Part shown: positions 1-12,218 of the stretch, piece after piece
Position numbering within the stretch: the stretch's first letter is position 1
Layout of the letters: each line of letters starts with the position of its first letter
Source of the DNA: Lama guanicoe
Lineage: Eukaryota
Assembly (NCBI GenBank): GCA_013239625.1
Contig: MU053379.1
Coordinates: 1,656,866 to 1,720,865 of the forward strand
Length of the DNA: 64,000 nucleotides
Reading direction: 5' to 3'
Notes under the pieces: model-generated
What the model was told of the DNA's origin: nothing
The model's input: only the letters and a program-made list of their open reading frames with translations
Database searches by the model: none
Program-made: the position numbers and the translations under genes

Positions 1-1718
1 CTCTCTGGCCTTTGTGGGTGCTGCTCCCCGAGCCAGACCCTTGTGTCTCCCTCCCACTCTTCCCCCGGCGAGTTCTTAGTCACGGCATTGATGCCACCCT
101 TGGTGCCCTTTGGTGCCCCCGAGGCGCCGGGCTCCCCATCCCTGAATCTGTCACAGTGGGTGGTAATTGCTCCTGCACTTACCTGAATCCTCCGCTAGAT
201 CAGAAATAGCGTCCTCACTGCTCTCCTCGCTCTCGATGCCATGCCTCGGATCAGGCTGGATGGAGCTAAGGTGGCCTCTAGAAATGGCCAACGGTGCAGA
301 GGCTCAAAGAGCAGACACCCCAGAACGTCAGAGTCAGACAAGCAAGGGTCATCGTCAAGCCAGGTGTCAGAGCCGTGGTGCAGGGAGGAGAGACGGGGTT
401 GGGAGCTGGGGAGCTAGGCATGAGTTCCCTGAGTTCGGAGTTCTAGATGTGGACTCTGGACCAGACCAGGGTGATGGCCTTGTTCCCTGGCTGCTGGCCG
501 AGGACAAGGAGGTCAGGCAGGGGTTCGAACTGTGAGGACAGTGCAGAGGCTTGGCATGGGGCAGGTGGGGTCCTCAGCTGGTTCTAGAGGCTCAGCCTGT
601 GAGAGAGGGCCCCCCAGAAGCAGACGCTGAGGACTCCAGGGCTGTGGCTTCCGTGGGAGGGGGAGGGAGGCGGGGGAGGGTAGTAGGAGCGTGGCGGGGG
701 GCAGCTGGGGAGGGAGGGCAGCACATCAGGTGCGGAGAAATGGGACATCCGGAGCCCGCCTTACCTGGGAGCCACCCTGCACCCGTGCTTGCCCACCACA
801 TCCCGTCCATCGCTGGCTGACAGTGGTTTCTCTTCCACATCCTCATGGGTGTGTGCAGGGACTTCAGCGCCCACCCTCTGACAACGAGGTGCAGAGCTGG
901 CAGTGGGACGCTGGGCGGGGACTCGCTGAGCCCAGGAGGCCTGAGGGCTGGGGCTACCTCTTGCCCCATCGAGCTGGGGGGCGGAACCCTACGGGTGTGC
1001 CTGCTGGACCGAGTCACCCTGCAGAGACCCTGTCTTGACTCTTCTGCATTCCCTCGTAGAAGACCCTTCAGAGCTTTTGGCTGAGCAGAACTAAAATCCA
1101 GCATGGAAGGGCCAGAGAGGAGAGGGGACCCACTGTCCACTCCAGGGCCCCGAGGCCACTGTCAGTGACCGGCCCTCCCAAGCGGGATGCCTGCCTCCCC
1201 GAGCCCGTGAGCAGCAGCAGCCAACTCTGTCCGCCCGGCGCTGTGATCCACTTAAATCCTTTCCCTCGCTGAGTCACCAGCACCCTTGGAGGTGGGGACC
1301 AGAGTCCTCTCCTTTGTACAGAGGAGGAAACCTTGAGAGTTTGATGACTTCGTTTCTCTTGAGACTTTGTTCTTTGACCTCAGTTCCACGTGGGACTCTC
1401 ACATCACCCTACCTGTTACTGTGAATGGGCCAGTTGTCCCAAACCCAGCGCTGGTCATGCTGGGCTGAGTTCCTAGCAGGATCCCGGCGAATTAGGAGGC
1501 AGAGGTGGATCCCAAGCCAGGTCTCCTGGAGCCCAGCCCTCATTTTACAGCGAGGGAGCCACCTGCTCCGAGGTCCCATCGATGGGTCGGGAGCGCCCCA
1601 CCCGGAGCTGCACTCACTCCTCCCCCACACAGCCGCTCCTGTGGCTAGAAGGGCGTTTTCTAAAATGATTCTGCTTCTGCAGCCCATTTTCTTAGTTCTA
1701 TTTTCCCAGAATAGTCTA

Positions 1719-1749
1719 TGTGTGTGTGTGTGTGTGTGTGTCTGTGTGT
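1719..1749. repeat. (TG)n microsatellite
   Basis: tgtgtgtgtgtgtgtgtgtgtgtctgtgtgt seen directly. Confidence 0.95.
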
Positions 1750-2624
1750 ATCAGTGGGCGCCTTATAGAATTGTCATGCAATGTTTTGTCTAGAAGAAAA
1801 GGCCAATTTTGGGCAAAAATTCCGTGGCTGTTAAGAAGAGCTTCCTGACTGGACCTCGGGCAAGAACCCTGACGGAGACCGAGGCTGCCCTGCCCTTAAG
1901 CATCTGAAGCTCCCAGCGCAGAAGCGGGTCGGCTTGCAGGTGGGGCCAGGCGGAGCCGGCTGATTCCCTGGCTTCACAAGTCCTACATCCTTATTCCAAT
2001 ATTCTGGGCATCATCCAGGAAGATAACTTTACTGCTGGAAAGACATCTCTCTTCCCCAGATTTTGGATGCATTTCATTTTCCGTTTGTGAGAAGCGAGAG
2101 GGATATTTCCCCGGCTGGGTCTGCGGAGGGAGGGGCAGCACCACGCTCACTCTCCGGCTGCCGCCGGCCCCTCTCCCTCCCACACACTCGTCTCTGCTGT
2201 TGGCCTGGGAGCGCCCAGCTGCGCATGCAGCTCCCAGCCTTCTCTTTCAGGGATGTTGTATCTCTGTCTTGGCCTATTCGTCCTCCCTAAGGCTCAGGCT
2301 TCCAAGAGACAGAAGACCCAGATGTCCCACTTCCACACCTTCTGCTTGCTCCCATTTGACACGGATCTAGTCTGGCATTATTTGCCCTGACGGCTCCCCT
2401 GTATCAGCTGTCTCTGGACTTAACCTGGAAAATGCCACGCCTTTCTATCGTTTCCTGGGCTAGACCGACATTCCCAGGCCAGGCTTCATTCCCTCTGGGA
2501 ATTGAGAGCAAGTGGATCTCAATGCAGGGGCCCCGCTCCCTCTGCAGGGCCACCGCTGTGCCTGCATGATGACATCTGGAGGGAATGGTGGCAGGAGGCA
2601 GTGGTGATCAAGGCAAACACAATG

Positions 2625-3300
2625 TGGGTTCCCAGACCCGACTGCACCATCAGCTACAGAGGACTAACAGAAGTATAGATTCTCAGGTCTTGTATCAGTT
2701 AGCTGTTGCTGTGTAACAAACTACTTCAAACATAATGGCCTAAAACCTCAGGCATGTATTCATCTCATGATTCTGTGGGGCATCTTCTGCTCTGTGCCTT
2801 CTCATCTGATCTTGGTGGGTTCACTTAGCACTGTGGTCAGCGGGCAGGTTGGCTGAGACCTGGCTGGTCTAGGATGGCCTCCCTCACCTGGCTGGCTGAT
2901 GGTTGGCAGGCTATTGGCTGGGACAACTGATGCAGTTGGGCCACATGTCTTCTTCCAGCAGGTCAGCTCTGGCTTGTTCACACGTGACCACAGGTCCGGG
3001 AACAGCTAGAGGATGAGCCACAAAGGACAGGCACCTTTCAAGTCCCTGCTTGTGCCACATTTCCTGCTGTCCTGTTGGTAAAGCAAGTCAGGGACAAGCC
3101 CAGAGTCTTCACGGGGACGGACCACCCCAGGGTGTGTCTGCAAAAGCTGTGAACCTACTGGGGGCATCACCGCAAACCTCTGCCCCTGATGATTCTCACT
3201 CCAGACTCTGGGGGTAGGCCCAGGAACCCCTAGTTTTAACCAGTCCCCTGGGCAATTATCCCGTAGCTGCTCCACAGAAAGTTGGTGGGGCCACTGGAAG
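2625..3300. mobile_element. MER5-type hAT DNA transposon remnant split by an MLT1 LTR
   Basis: Left part ...agaagtatagattctcaggtc (2625-2690) and right part ...ctgggggtaggcccaggaacccctagttttaaccagtcccctggg (3185-3300) resemble two halves of the MER5 consensus. Confidence 0.5.
2691..3185 (-). mobile_element. MLT1 (ERVL-MaLR) solo LTR
   Basis: Starts tgtatcagttagctgttgctgtgtaacaaactac...catgtattcatctcatgattctgtggg, a typical antisense MLT1 terminus; later ctgttggtaaagcaagtca. Confidence 0.8.
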
Positions 3301-4194
3301 CAACTAGGAGTTCGTTGTGAACTCAGAAGCCTGGAGAGGCCAGTAAGTGACATAAAGGCATGATGTCGCTGGTGTAGGGTGACAGGGAATGCTCAGTCGG
3401 CAAACGGGACAGTCCTGGAAGGAAAGGAATTCAAGTTCGGTTTTCTTCACATACTGAACAGGTCAAACCACCCACGTCCAAGTGGCTCCCAGCTCTGAGC
3501 GAGCGTCCCTCGGTTTTACGATGATGGTTTCCCAAATGTTAGAAAGACAGGTGGTCCTGGGGATGCAGGGCCCACATCACTCCACGAAGACCAGGCCTTT
3601 CCTCCCAGCTGCCTGCCCATCCGTGTTTGCTCAGGGCAACTGGCACTCAGGGTCCTGCCTTCCTTCCCAAGTTGGACTCAGGCTCACGCTCCTGCTGAAG
3701 TCTGCCCGGCCCACCCCGCTGCACTCCTCTCCCCGGCACTGCTCACCTCTGACACCCGCTTTCTCTGTGCACTGGCTCACCGCCCCCCCCACCCCCCACG
3801 GGAGCATCAGCTCCCCGACTCCTTCCTGCTGTGCTCGCTTCTGGACCCTGCGGGCCTGGCACTCAGTGGGCACTTAATGACTCTTTCTTCAGTGAATTGA
3901 GCCCCCCTCACCATTGCTTTTTCCTCTCAGCAATTTCTCCTTGCCTCAGGAATGGCGCCAGCTGGACTGCAGCCTCGGCACTCCAGGTTTGCTCTGGGGA
4001 TTGACTCCCGCATAGGCCCGTCTCCCCGACATCCATCTGCACTGCCAGCATTTTCTCTCCAGGATTCCTGGAGCCAGGCCTCCTCTGGAGGTGGACTGGG
4101 GAGGGAGGGAGAGAGGGAACTGGGCCCCGGGAGTAAGAAGGTGTCTGGAGACCTTTGCTTGGGTGTTCTTCCACTCAGATATTACTATTAATTG

Positions 4195-4622
4195 ATTTTC
4201 GTGTGTGAGAACATTTAAATTCTACTGTCTTAGCAAGTTTCAATTATACAATCCAGTGTTCCCAACTACGTATTTTACAGCAGAGCCTCACCCTGATTCA
4301 TCTCATAGCTGGAAGTGTACCTCCTTTTACCGACCTCTCCCTATTTCCCACCCCCAGCCCCTGGCAACCACTTTTTCACTCTATGTTTCTATGAGTTTGA
4401 CTTTTTTTTTTCAAATTCCACACGTAAGTGATACCATGCAGTGTTTGTCTTTGACGTCTGGTTTAGTATAATGCCTTCGAGGTCCATCCCTGAAGCTGCA
4501 AATAGCAGAATTGCCTTCTGGCTGAATGCTGTTTTGATATGTGTATTCATATCATGTCTCCTTTACCCGTCCAGCCACCGACAGGTACTTGGGCTGTTTC
4601 CACACCTTGGCTGTAGTGAGCA
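4195..4622 (-). mobile_element. Old LINE-1 3' UTR fragment (L1MA/MB-like)
   Basis: gtgagaacatttaaattctactgtcttagcaagtttcaattatacaat...cctggcaaccac...attccacacgtaagtgataccatgcagtgtttgtc. Confidence 0.85.
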
Positions 4623-5967
4623 CTGGGGCGGCCCCCCACATTTGAGCACAATCTGTTAGGACCGGGAGGGCTATGGCAGGGGAGAGCTGGAGAGGGGAGA
4701 GGCGTGTGCATGGTCGGCACAGAGCACGAGGCTCAGCACATCCCAGGGCCCCTTACTTACCTGGGGGAGCATTTGAATTTGCTCCCCCAGATCTTAGAGG
4801 AGAGGAACAGAGCTTCAGAAACATGGGAACTCTGCCTGGGTCCTGGAGCCGGTTCCAGCTCCACCTCCCCACTTTCCCATCCACTGAGTTGCCACCGCTC
4901 CGTCCATCCCTGCTTATCCTCAGGGGCCGAGTGAGTCAGAATTGCCTTCCCACACCCAGTTCTGACATAACTGCCCCTGGAGTAAACAGTACATATGGGC
5001 CCCAAAACTTCTAGAGAAAGAGGAAAGGATTGAAGCTTTTTACGAAGATAAACAAAAACTCCCAGGAGGCTGGGGTTCAGATTGTCCAAGAGGGAACCAG
5101 AACCCCCAACAGGGCTCGTGGAAAAGGGGGACAAACTTAGGGGAACAAGAGGACACTGTTGTGGGACCTGTCTCCTCCGTCAGAGGAGAAGGGCGGTCTG
5201 GGGGAGAATTCCCCCGGGGAGTTCGGGACGCTGTTCGTAGGACTTCTCTGGCCCCCTGTTCTCGCTCAGGCAGAATCTCCCAGCTGCTTGCTTTCCACTC
5301 TGCTGGAAGCAGGGGAGAGCAGACCATGGTTTGCAGGCTGGAGGTAGGGCGCGTTTCCAGAGGCCAAATGTTTGAGGCAGATGCACCGTGTTCCCACTCG
5401 GAAACCTGGGACTTTTTGGACGGGAAAATCTCCCATAAAACATGAGAATTCAGCAGTTCCAAGTACCAATGGAGTTGCAGATCCAGGTCTTTCTTGATAA
5501 GCCCCAAAGCATGTCCAGACCAGGGGGTTGGCCTGGAGGGGTTTCCCATCTGGGTCCAGTGGGGCCGGTGGTGTCACTGACTGGGGCTGGATCCAAGTGG
5601 CACTTGTTCAAAGAACAAGTTGAGTCCCATTCCCTGGGACCTGGCATGAAAAAATTGAAAAAAGATAAAGGTAAATAAGGAAAATAAAATCACCCTAAAT
5701 CTTAACACTTAGATATATCCAATATTAATAGCATATATATGAAAGGCATTGAACTGTTAAATCATAAGCACTTGCATTTCTCCCCTCGTTTTCTGAGACA
5801 GGTCTTCATGATACTGGTTGGGGAGATCAATGGAAAAGAAATTTGGACAAACTGAGAGGGGTCATGCTGATCTATGTGCAGAAAAATTGTGGAGATACTC
5901 TAAGGAGAAGAAGATAAGAGATAGGGAGGAATTTGGAGGGGAGAGAGAAGAAGGAGGAGGAGGAGGA

Positions 5968-6024
5968 GGGGTGGGGAAGGGGCGCGCGCTGGGAGGGTGA
6001 GGACGGTGACGTTGCTATGGCAGC
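5968..6024. promoter_or_regulatory. Promoter-like element: G4-capable G-tracts, CRE half-site and near-consensus RFX X-box
   Basis: GGGG-T-GGGG-AA-GGGG-CGCGCGCT-GGG-A-GGG (5968-5997); TGACGT (6007-6012); GTTGCTATGGCAGC (6011-6024), 1 mismatch to X-box GTTGCYATGGCAAC. Confidence 0.45.
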
Positions 6025-6462
6025 AGCTGCCACAACTGTTTATCTGACTGCATTGTAGGGATGGGGAGGAGGAGGAGAAAGGGGGAGGGGTGGAGCACTA
6101 GAGGAGAATATTAGTGGAAGACATACAAAGAAAGGCTCAGAGGCTTGGAGTTTGAGGGGTGAGCGAAATCAAAAAGAGAAAGAGGAGGAATGCAAGTAGC
6201 TGGAGTGTGGAGTAAAGTTGTGAGGAAAGGAAAGGATGGCAAAAGAAAATTTTAAGAGAAATATTTGTTACCAGGCACCACTAGAAAACTTCAGTAAAGA
6301 TATGCATTACTCTTCGATTCTGGTTTGATAATGAGGACAGTTTCAAAGCCTGAAGATGACCCGGTTTTATTTGGGAAATTTATATCCGTCTGCATATTCC
6401 CATATTACCTTAAAAAATCAAAGTAAGGTCTTGCCCTGTGCATTGGTTTATAGTCTGCCCTT

Positions 6463-7652
6463 GGTTCCTGTTGCTGTTGTTTCTATTGAAGTACAGCCGA
6501 TTTGTAACGTGTTAGTTTCTGGTGTACAGCACAGTGATCCATTTATACATATATGTATATTCCCTTCATATTCTCTTCCCTTATAGGCCATTGCAAGATA
6601 TTGACTATAGCTCCCTGTGCTGAAAGTAGGACCTTGTTTTTCATTTTATATATAGTAGTTAGAATCTACAAATCCCAAACTCTCAATTTACCCTTCCCAC
6701 CCCCTTTCCTCCATAGTAACCATAAGTTTGCTTTCTATGTCGGTGAGTCTGTTCTGTTTTGTAAATAAGTTATTCTGCATATAAGTGATATCATACATTT
6801 GTCTTTCCCTTTCTAGCTAACTTCACCTAGTATGATGATCTCCAGATCCATCCATGTTGCTGCAAATGGCATTATTTTATTCTTTTTTATGGCTGAGTAG
6901 TATTCCGTTGTATAAACATACCACAACTTCTTTATCCAGTCATCTGTTGTTGGACACTTAGGTTGCTTCCATGTCTTGGCTACTGTACATAGTGCTGCTA
7001 TGAACATTGGGGTGCGCATATCTTTTCAAATTAGAGTTTCCTCCATATACATGCTCAGGAGTGAGACTGCTGGGTCGTAGGGTAAGTCTATTTTCAGTTT
7101 AATGAATCTTCATACTGTTTTCCATAGTGGCTGCACCAGACTAGATTCCCCCCCAATAGTGTAGGAGGGCTCCCTTTTCTCCACACCCTCTCCAGCATTT
7201 ATCATTTGTGAACTCTTTAATGATGGCCATTCTGACCGGTGTGAGGTGACACCTCATTGCAGTTTTGATTTGCATGTCTTTGATAATTAGTAGTATTGAA
7301 CATGTTTTCATGTGCCTATTGGCCATTTGTTCACCTTCATTGGAGGAATGTTTGCTTAGGTCTTCTGCCCATCTTTTGATTGGGTTGTTTGGTTTTTTTA
7401 GTTATTGAGTTGTATGAGCTGTTGGTATATTCTGGAAATTAAACCCTTGTCTCATCATTTGCAAATATTTTTTCCCATTCTGTAGGCTGTCGTTTTATTT
7501 ATGGTTTTCTTTGCTGTGCAAAAGCTTCTAAGTTTCATTAGGTTCCATTTGTTTATCTTTTCTTTTATTTCTATGCCTCAGTAGACTGCCCTAGGAGAAC
7601 ATTGCTGAGATTTATACCAGAGGATGTTTTGCTTATGTTCTCTTCTAGAAAG
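6463..7652 (-). mobile_element. 5'-truncated LINE-1 (ORF2 C-terminus + 3' UTR)
   Basis: Minus ORFs [23 protein letters not shown]...WIKKLWY and [15 protein letters not shown] (ORF2 C-terminal cysteine-rich region). Degenerate TSD tatagtctgccctt (6449-6462) / tataacctgccctt (7653-7666). Confidence 0.95.
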
Positions 7653-7666
7653 TATAACCTGCCCTT

Positions 7667-7990
7667 TTCACTTAACAAGACGTACAGAACGTAATCCTTA
7701 ATGCCGACATAATACTCCAGTGTGGGAAGGTACCATAATTTATCTAACTCATCTTTCATTGGCCAGTTGGATTATTTCCAATGTTTAAAACTATTCTAAG
7801 CAATATTGCAATGAATAACTATGTTAGTAATTCTTCATGCACGTATATTATGATTTCCATATACAATGATTTCCTTAAGATACATTTTTTTGAAGTAGCT
7901 TTGCTGAATCAATGGGAAAACAAAATATTATAGCCTTCAATACTCATTACTGGATTGCCGTACAGAAAAGTTGAGTAATTATTCTCCTAT
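7667..7990 (-). mobile_element. Ancient L1 (L1ME-like) remnant, host of the preceding L1
   Basis: ttttcacttaac...ataatactccagtgtg...taccataatttatctaac...ttggattatttccaatg...tattgcaatgaataac. Confidence 0.6.
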
Positions 7991-9910
7991 TGGGAGGATA
8001 ATTCCCAATCTGTTGATACTAAACTATCTTCCTTTGTTCTATAACTATATCCTGAGGGTAATTCAACTAGAATGGAAGCTCTAGGAAGCCAGCAGCCCTT
8101 CCTGACTCTTTGTAGCATAGATCTAAACGCGTAATAGGAACTGAATAAATACGTTTTAGTGAATGAATGGTTGGATGGGTGGATGGATTTGGACCCTTAA
8201 GGGAAGGTTCTGCTTCTCTAAAGTCCTCTAACGTCTGGTTACTGCTAAGCACACGGTCGGTGCCTAATGCTGAATCCCCTAAAAACGTTGGTCTCAGTCC
8301 AACCGTACTGCCATGTGGGAGTCAGACTTCCCTTCCAATCTAAGAAGGCGCATTGTTCACTTGACCCTGAGTCCCGAAGACATCTATGGTCCCCAGACCA
8401 AGTTACCCTCCTGGGAGGATTGGGTCCCTGTCTTCCCCGCATCATCCATCCCAGTGACCTCTGTCGGCAAGTTCCTTTTGGGCTGACCCAGCCTGGGTAA
8501 TCATGAACTTCTTCCAATAACAGATCAAGCCACCTCTGGACATTCCTTTAAAATGCTGTGTTATGAGGATGGTGAGAGAAGATGGATGGGGGTCATCCGG
8601 TAGAATGCCCGGCACAGAGCGGGCTCCCCAAATGGTGGTGTGACTATAATTAACTCATCACCATCACTCTTCAGTGGTGCCCCTGGTCTCATCTACTCAA
8701 GAAAAAAAAGTAAATAGTTAATATATTGTTAGTTCTTGAGTTTAATCCTCTCCTTGCTGCTGTGAGTCAGGTATGTTTTTTCCATCTTGAGCTCAGGAGA
8801 CGAGTTCGTGGAGGGAACGTGACAGTCCTGCTTTCTCACAGCTGGCTCCAGGAGAGACATGTGCAGCGTCCGTGTCAGTCCCTGGGCAGAGTCCGAGAGC
8901 ACAGCTGCCCTTCTGACAACCAGCAGACGGAGGCCGGAGCCGCCTGGGTCTCAGGGGCCCAGTGGGCCGCCTGGGTGCTCGTAACATTCCTGAGGAAGGT
9001 GGGGGCCATTTGCATCACAGCCTCTGACAGCGAGGAGGCATGCAGAGGCCAACTATGTTTAAGAAATGCCAGTGAGGTCAGCCAGGGGAGTTGTGATGGC
9101 TCAGGCCAGACACTGTCTAGAAGAAGGAAGCTGATTCCTGAAAATACTGTCCCCAGTAACCGGAGACGTTCTGGTGAGGAAGGGACAGCAGTTACGGGTC
9201 TGCTGCATCAGGTGGAAGTAAAATGAACACATGCTCACGTTGAAAATGAAGCCAAACTGGAGAGGCCAGGTTTCTTCTGTTAGGGGGTTCCAGGTGCCGC
9301 TCGCGCATTTTATCTAGTCCAGATTCACATGCTTCTTAGTCAGCTCCTGAGCTGAAGGCATGCGGGGAGTTCTGGCCAGGAGCAGACGATGACTCTGTCC
9401 TCTCAGACCCGGCCTTTTGATCCCCTCTCCGTGTTCTCCCCGCGATGCTGGTGGTAATGGAAAAGGAAATTAGCTCAAGTGGAATGGTTTTTCCTTTGAA
9501 TGTGAGAATTTTTGCTCTTGGGAACTTTGTTGTGAACCAGATTTCAATGTCTGATCAGCAGCTGTACCTACTGTGGCGTGAGGGATAAAGGCTGGTGTCT
9601 GGGGAGGGGAGAGGCTTTTGTTTCCTTCTGTCAGCACTCAAATCGTGGTTGGCCTCGGGGAGATCGTGTCTGGCATCATAACTTATCCAGAGGACTGTTG
9701 TGTGGCCAGTGCAGAGTGAAGATGGGCTGTAGATGGAGGCGCACAGCCTCATGGACACGACAGAGAGCGGGCCGTCCTTATTCCCTGGGACTCACCCTGC
9801 TGCCAGAACCCTGTTCACCACTCTTCACACTTGAATTCTGTGTGCATCTAATTAGATGCTTGAAAGATGGCTTCTGTGTGACAGCCAAGACTGCAATGTG
9901 AGTTTGAGTT

Positions 9911-10007
9911 ATTTTTTTTAATTTTTAAAATTTTTGGGGTGGGATTGAACCCAGGACCTCGTACATGCTAAGCACACACGCTACTGCTTGAGCTGTACCC
10001 TCCCCCT
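9911..10007 (-). mobile_element. Camelid tRNA-derived SINE (Vic-1-like)
   Basis: T-rich tail then gggattgaacccaggacctcgtacatgctaagcac...gagctgtaccctccccc; flanking tgagttatt direct repeat. Confidence 0.85.
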
Positions 10008-11007
10008 TGAGTGAGTTATTAATCACACGGAACTTCATTTTCCTAAAGTACAAAGTGGAAGCCAGTGATACCCTAGGTTAGGACGATAAATGTGAAAGTG
10101 CCCATCCCTTAGTGGACGCATAATAAATTCTCAACTCCTCCTTTATTTCTTTGGCATTAATTTCCTTTCCAGTGCTCTGGACTGCCCGACATGGATGGAC
10201 TTCAGGCAGCTGATTGTAAGGAGAGTCATTGCGATCTGTGCTGGTTTGACTTGCTGCCTTTCCCAAGGCATCCAAGGTCATCTTCTTAGGAAGTCTGAGA
10301 GACAAACCTCAGACTGTGTTCATTCTTTCCCAGATGGAAAATGGAAAAATGTGGTCAAGCATCCAAATGTTTGGTCTATAAAACACTCAAAACATTCAGA
10401 TGTTTGGTGTTGGAAGGGCAAGGTGCCATCCAAGCATGTGAGTGTCATAAAGTCCCAACTGGCCTGGCCATTGGGATCTTTGGTTTTAATCAGGTAGCCC
10501 AGGGGAAACAACCCAGGCTTCGTGGTTTCACTCATTTCTTCTCTTCCTTGGAAAAAGGTGTATTTTATCCTTACTCCAGAAGGTTATAAAGAAGGTTGCT
10601 TTGAAATTAGTTCATTTGCAGTGGCTGGATGGGAGTCTTAGAAGCTATATAAATATCTGACTTTATAAGGATTCACATTTGGATACTAGTTTCTTATTTA
10701 GATGAAACTGTGTCGAAAGGAAATTCTGGATTTACCTTAGAGAAAAAAGAAGATACATTATTTGTTTTCAAGATTATATGCATTTTTTTTAAAAAAAGCT
10801 AGATCTTATTTAGCTCTTTCATCTATACCTTAACCAAGAAATTTTCATTTTTTATCTTCCTTAGAACATAAGCTTATTTTCAATGCTATTCACGTATGAA
10901 AGTCATAGTGTTAAATATTTCTCTGAAAAGAAGAAATAGCATGAAAGTCTGCCCATTTGCCTTCATCTGTGGAGGTGGAAAGGCTGCTGAGGATGTGAGA
11001 TCCACCT

Positions 11008-11490
11008 GTCGTGGCTTACTTGTATTGATGGTGCAATTTTTCACTCCTTTCATTGTGGGCAGAGCCTTCTGCCCCCTCCTTAATGCCTGGACCAGCCATG
11101 TGACTTGATTTGACCAATAGGATGTTAACACACACAATGAGTGACACAGCAGAGGCTGGAAAAACGCTTATGCGCTGGGGCTTGCTCATGAGAACACACC
11201 TGAGCTGGCTTGGGGGAGTATTACACCTGAAACATTGTCCCTTCTTCCCTCATCCCAGCTGAGATCATCATGACAACCATGACAGCCCAGTTGAGAGTGG
11301 ACAGCCGACTCACAGCTGACCAGATGCATGAGCAGACCCAGCCATGATCGGCAGAAAGACCCAGATGACTCACAGACTCAGGCGCAGTAATCATTCTATA
11401 CATAAATATTTAAATAATTATTCACAGTGATTATTTTTATCTCCTGCATTTAAGGGTGCTGTTACAGAGCACTGTGTACTCATACATTGT
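11008..11490 (+). mobile_element. MLT1 LTR (older subfamily)
   Basis: gccatgtgacttgatttgaccaataggatgtt...cagctgaccagatgcatgagcagacccagcc...tttaagggtgctgttacagagca. Confidence 0.7.
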
Positions 11491-11532
11491 TGTACACACT
11501 GCTCTGTGCTCTGAAATCAAATGGACTGGCTT

Positions 11533-12218
11533 TTGGAGTTGCAATACTTATACCCGATAAAATAGACTTTAAAATAAAGATTGTTACAAGAGACAAAGAA
11601 GGACACTACATAATGCCCAAGGGATCCATCCAAGGAAGAAGATGTAACAACTGTAAATATATATGCACCCAACATAGGTGCTTCTCAAGATATAGGGCAA
11701 ATATTGACAGACATGAAAAGAGACATTGACAGTAACACAATAATAGTGGAGAAACTTAACACCCCACTTGCAATGGACGGATCCTCCAGACAGAAGATCA
11801 ATTAGGAAGCCCAGGCCTTGAGTGACACATTGGACCAGATGGACCTAACTGATATTTACAGAACATTCCGTCTGAAAGCAGCAGAATGCACATCCTTCTC
11901 AGGTGCACATGGAACATTCTCTGGGATAGACCACAGGTTAGCCCACAAAGCAAGCCTCAGTAAATTTAAGAAAACTGAAATCACATCAGGCATCTTTTCT
12001 GACCACAGTGCTATGAGATTAAAAATCAACTACAAGGAAAAGACTGCAAAACCCACAAACATGTGGAGGCTAAACGATATGCTATTAAACAACCGATGGA
12101 TCACTGAAGAAATCAAAGACGAAATCAGAAAGTACTTAGAGACAAATGAAAATCAAAAGACGATGATCCCAAACCTGTGGGATGCAGCAGAAGCAGTTCT
12201 AAGCGGGACGGTCATAGC
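11533..12218 (+). mobile_element. Internal LINE-1 ORF2 endonuclease (APE-like) fragment flanked by a 20-bp TSD, with no 3' UTR or poly(A)
   Basis: Translates GVAILIPDKIDFK...EGHYIM..NIYAPN...DLTDIYRTF...HGTFSGIDH...FSDHSAMRL...NLWDAAEAVL (frameshifted). Flanked by gaaatcaaatggactggctt at 11513-11532 and 12219-12238. Confidence 0.95.

Larger units (their letters stand above)
183..5640 (-). other. Candidate multi-exon transcription unit (lncRNA, decayed gene or fast-evolving gene), running off the left edge; product unidentified
   Basis: Minus-strand donors CAG|GTAAGT after 4761, CAG|GTAGGG after 1413, CAG|GTAAGG after 765 and CAG|GTAAGT after 183. Pyrimidine-rich acceptors before 5640 (TTTTTTCATGCCAG), 2120 (CCCCTCCCTCCGCAG), 1472, 1018/988 and 277. 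Exons 988-765 and 277-183 join in phase. No single uninterrupted ORF across all segments. Confidence 0.3.
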
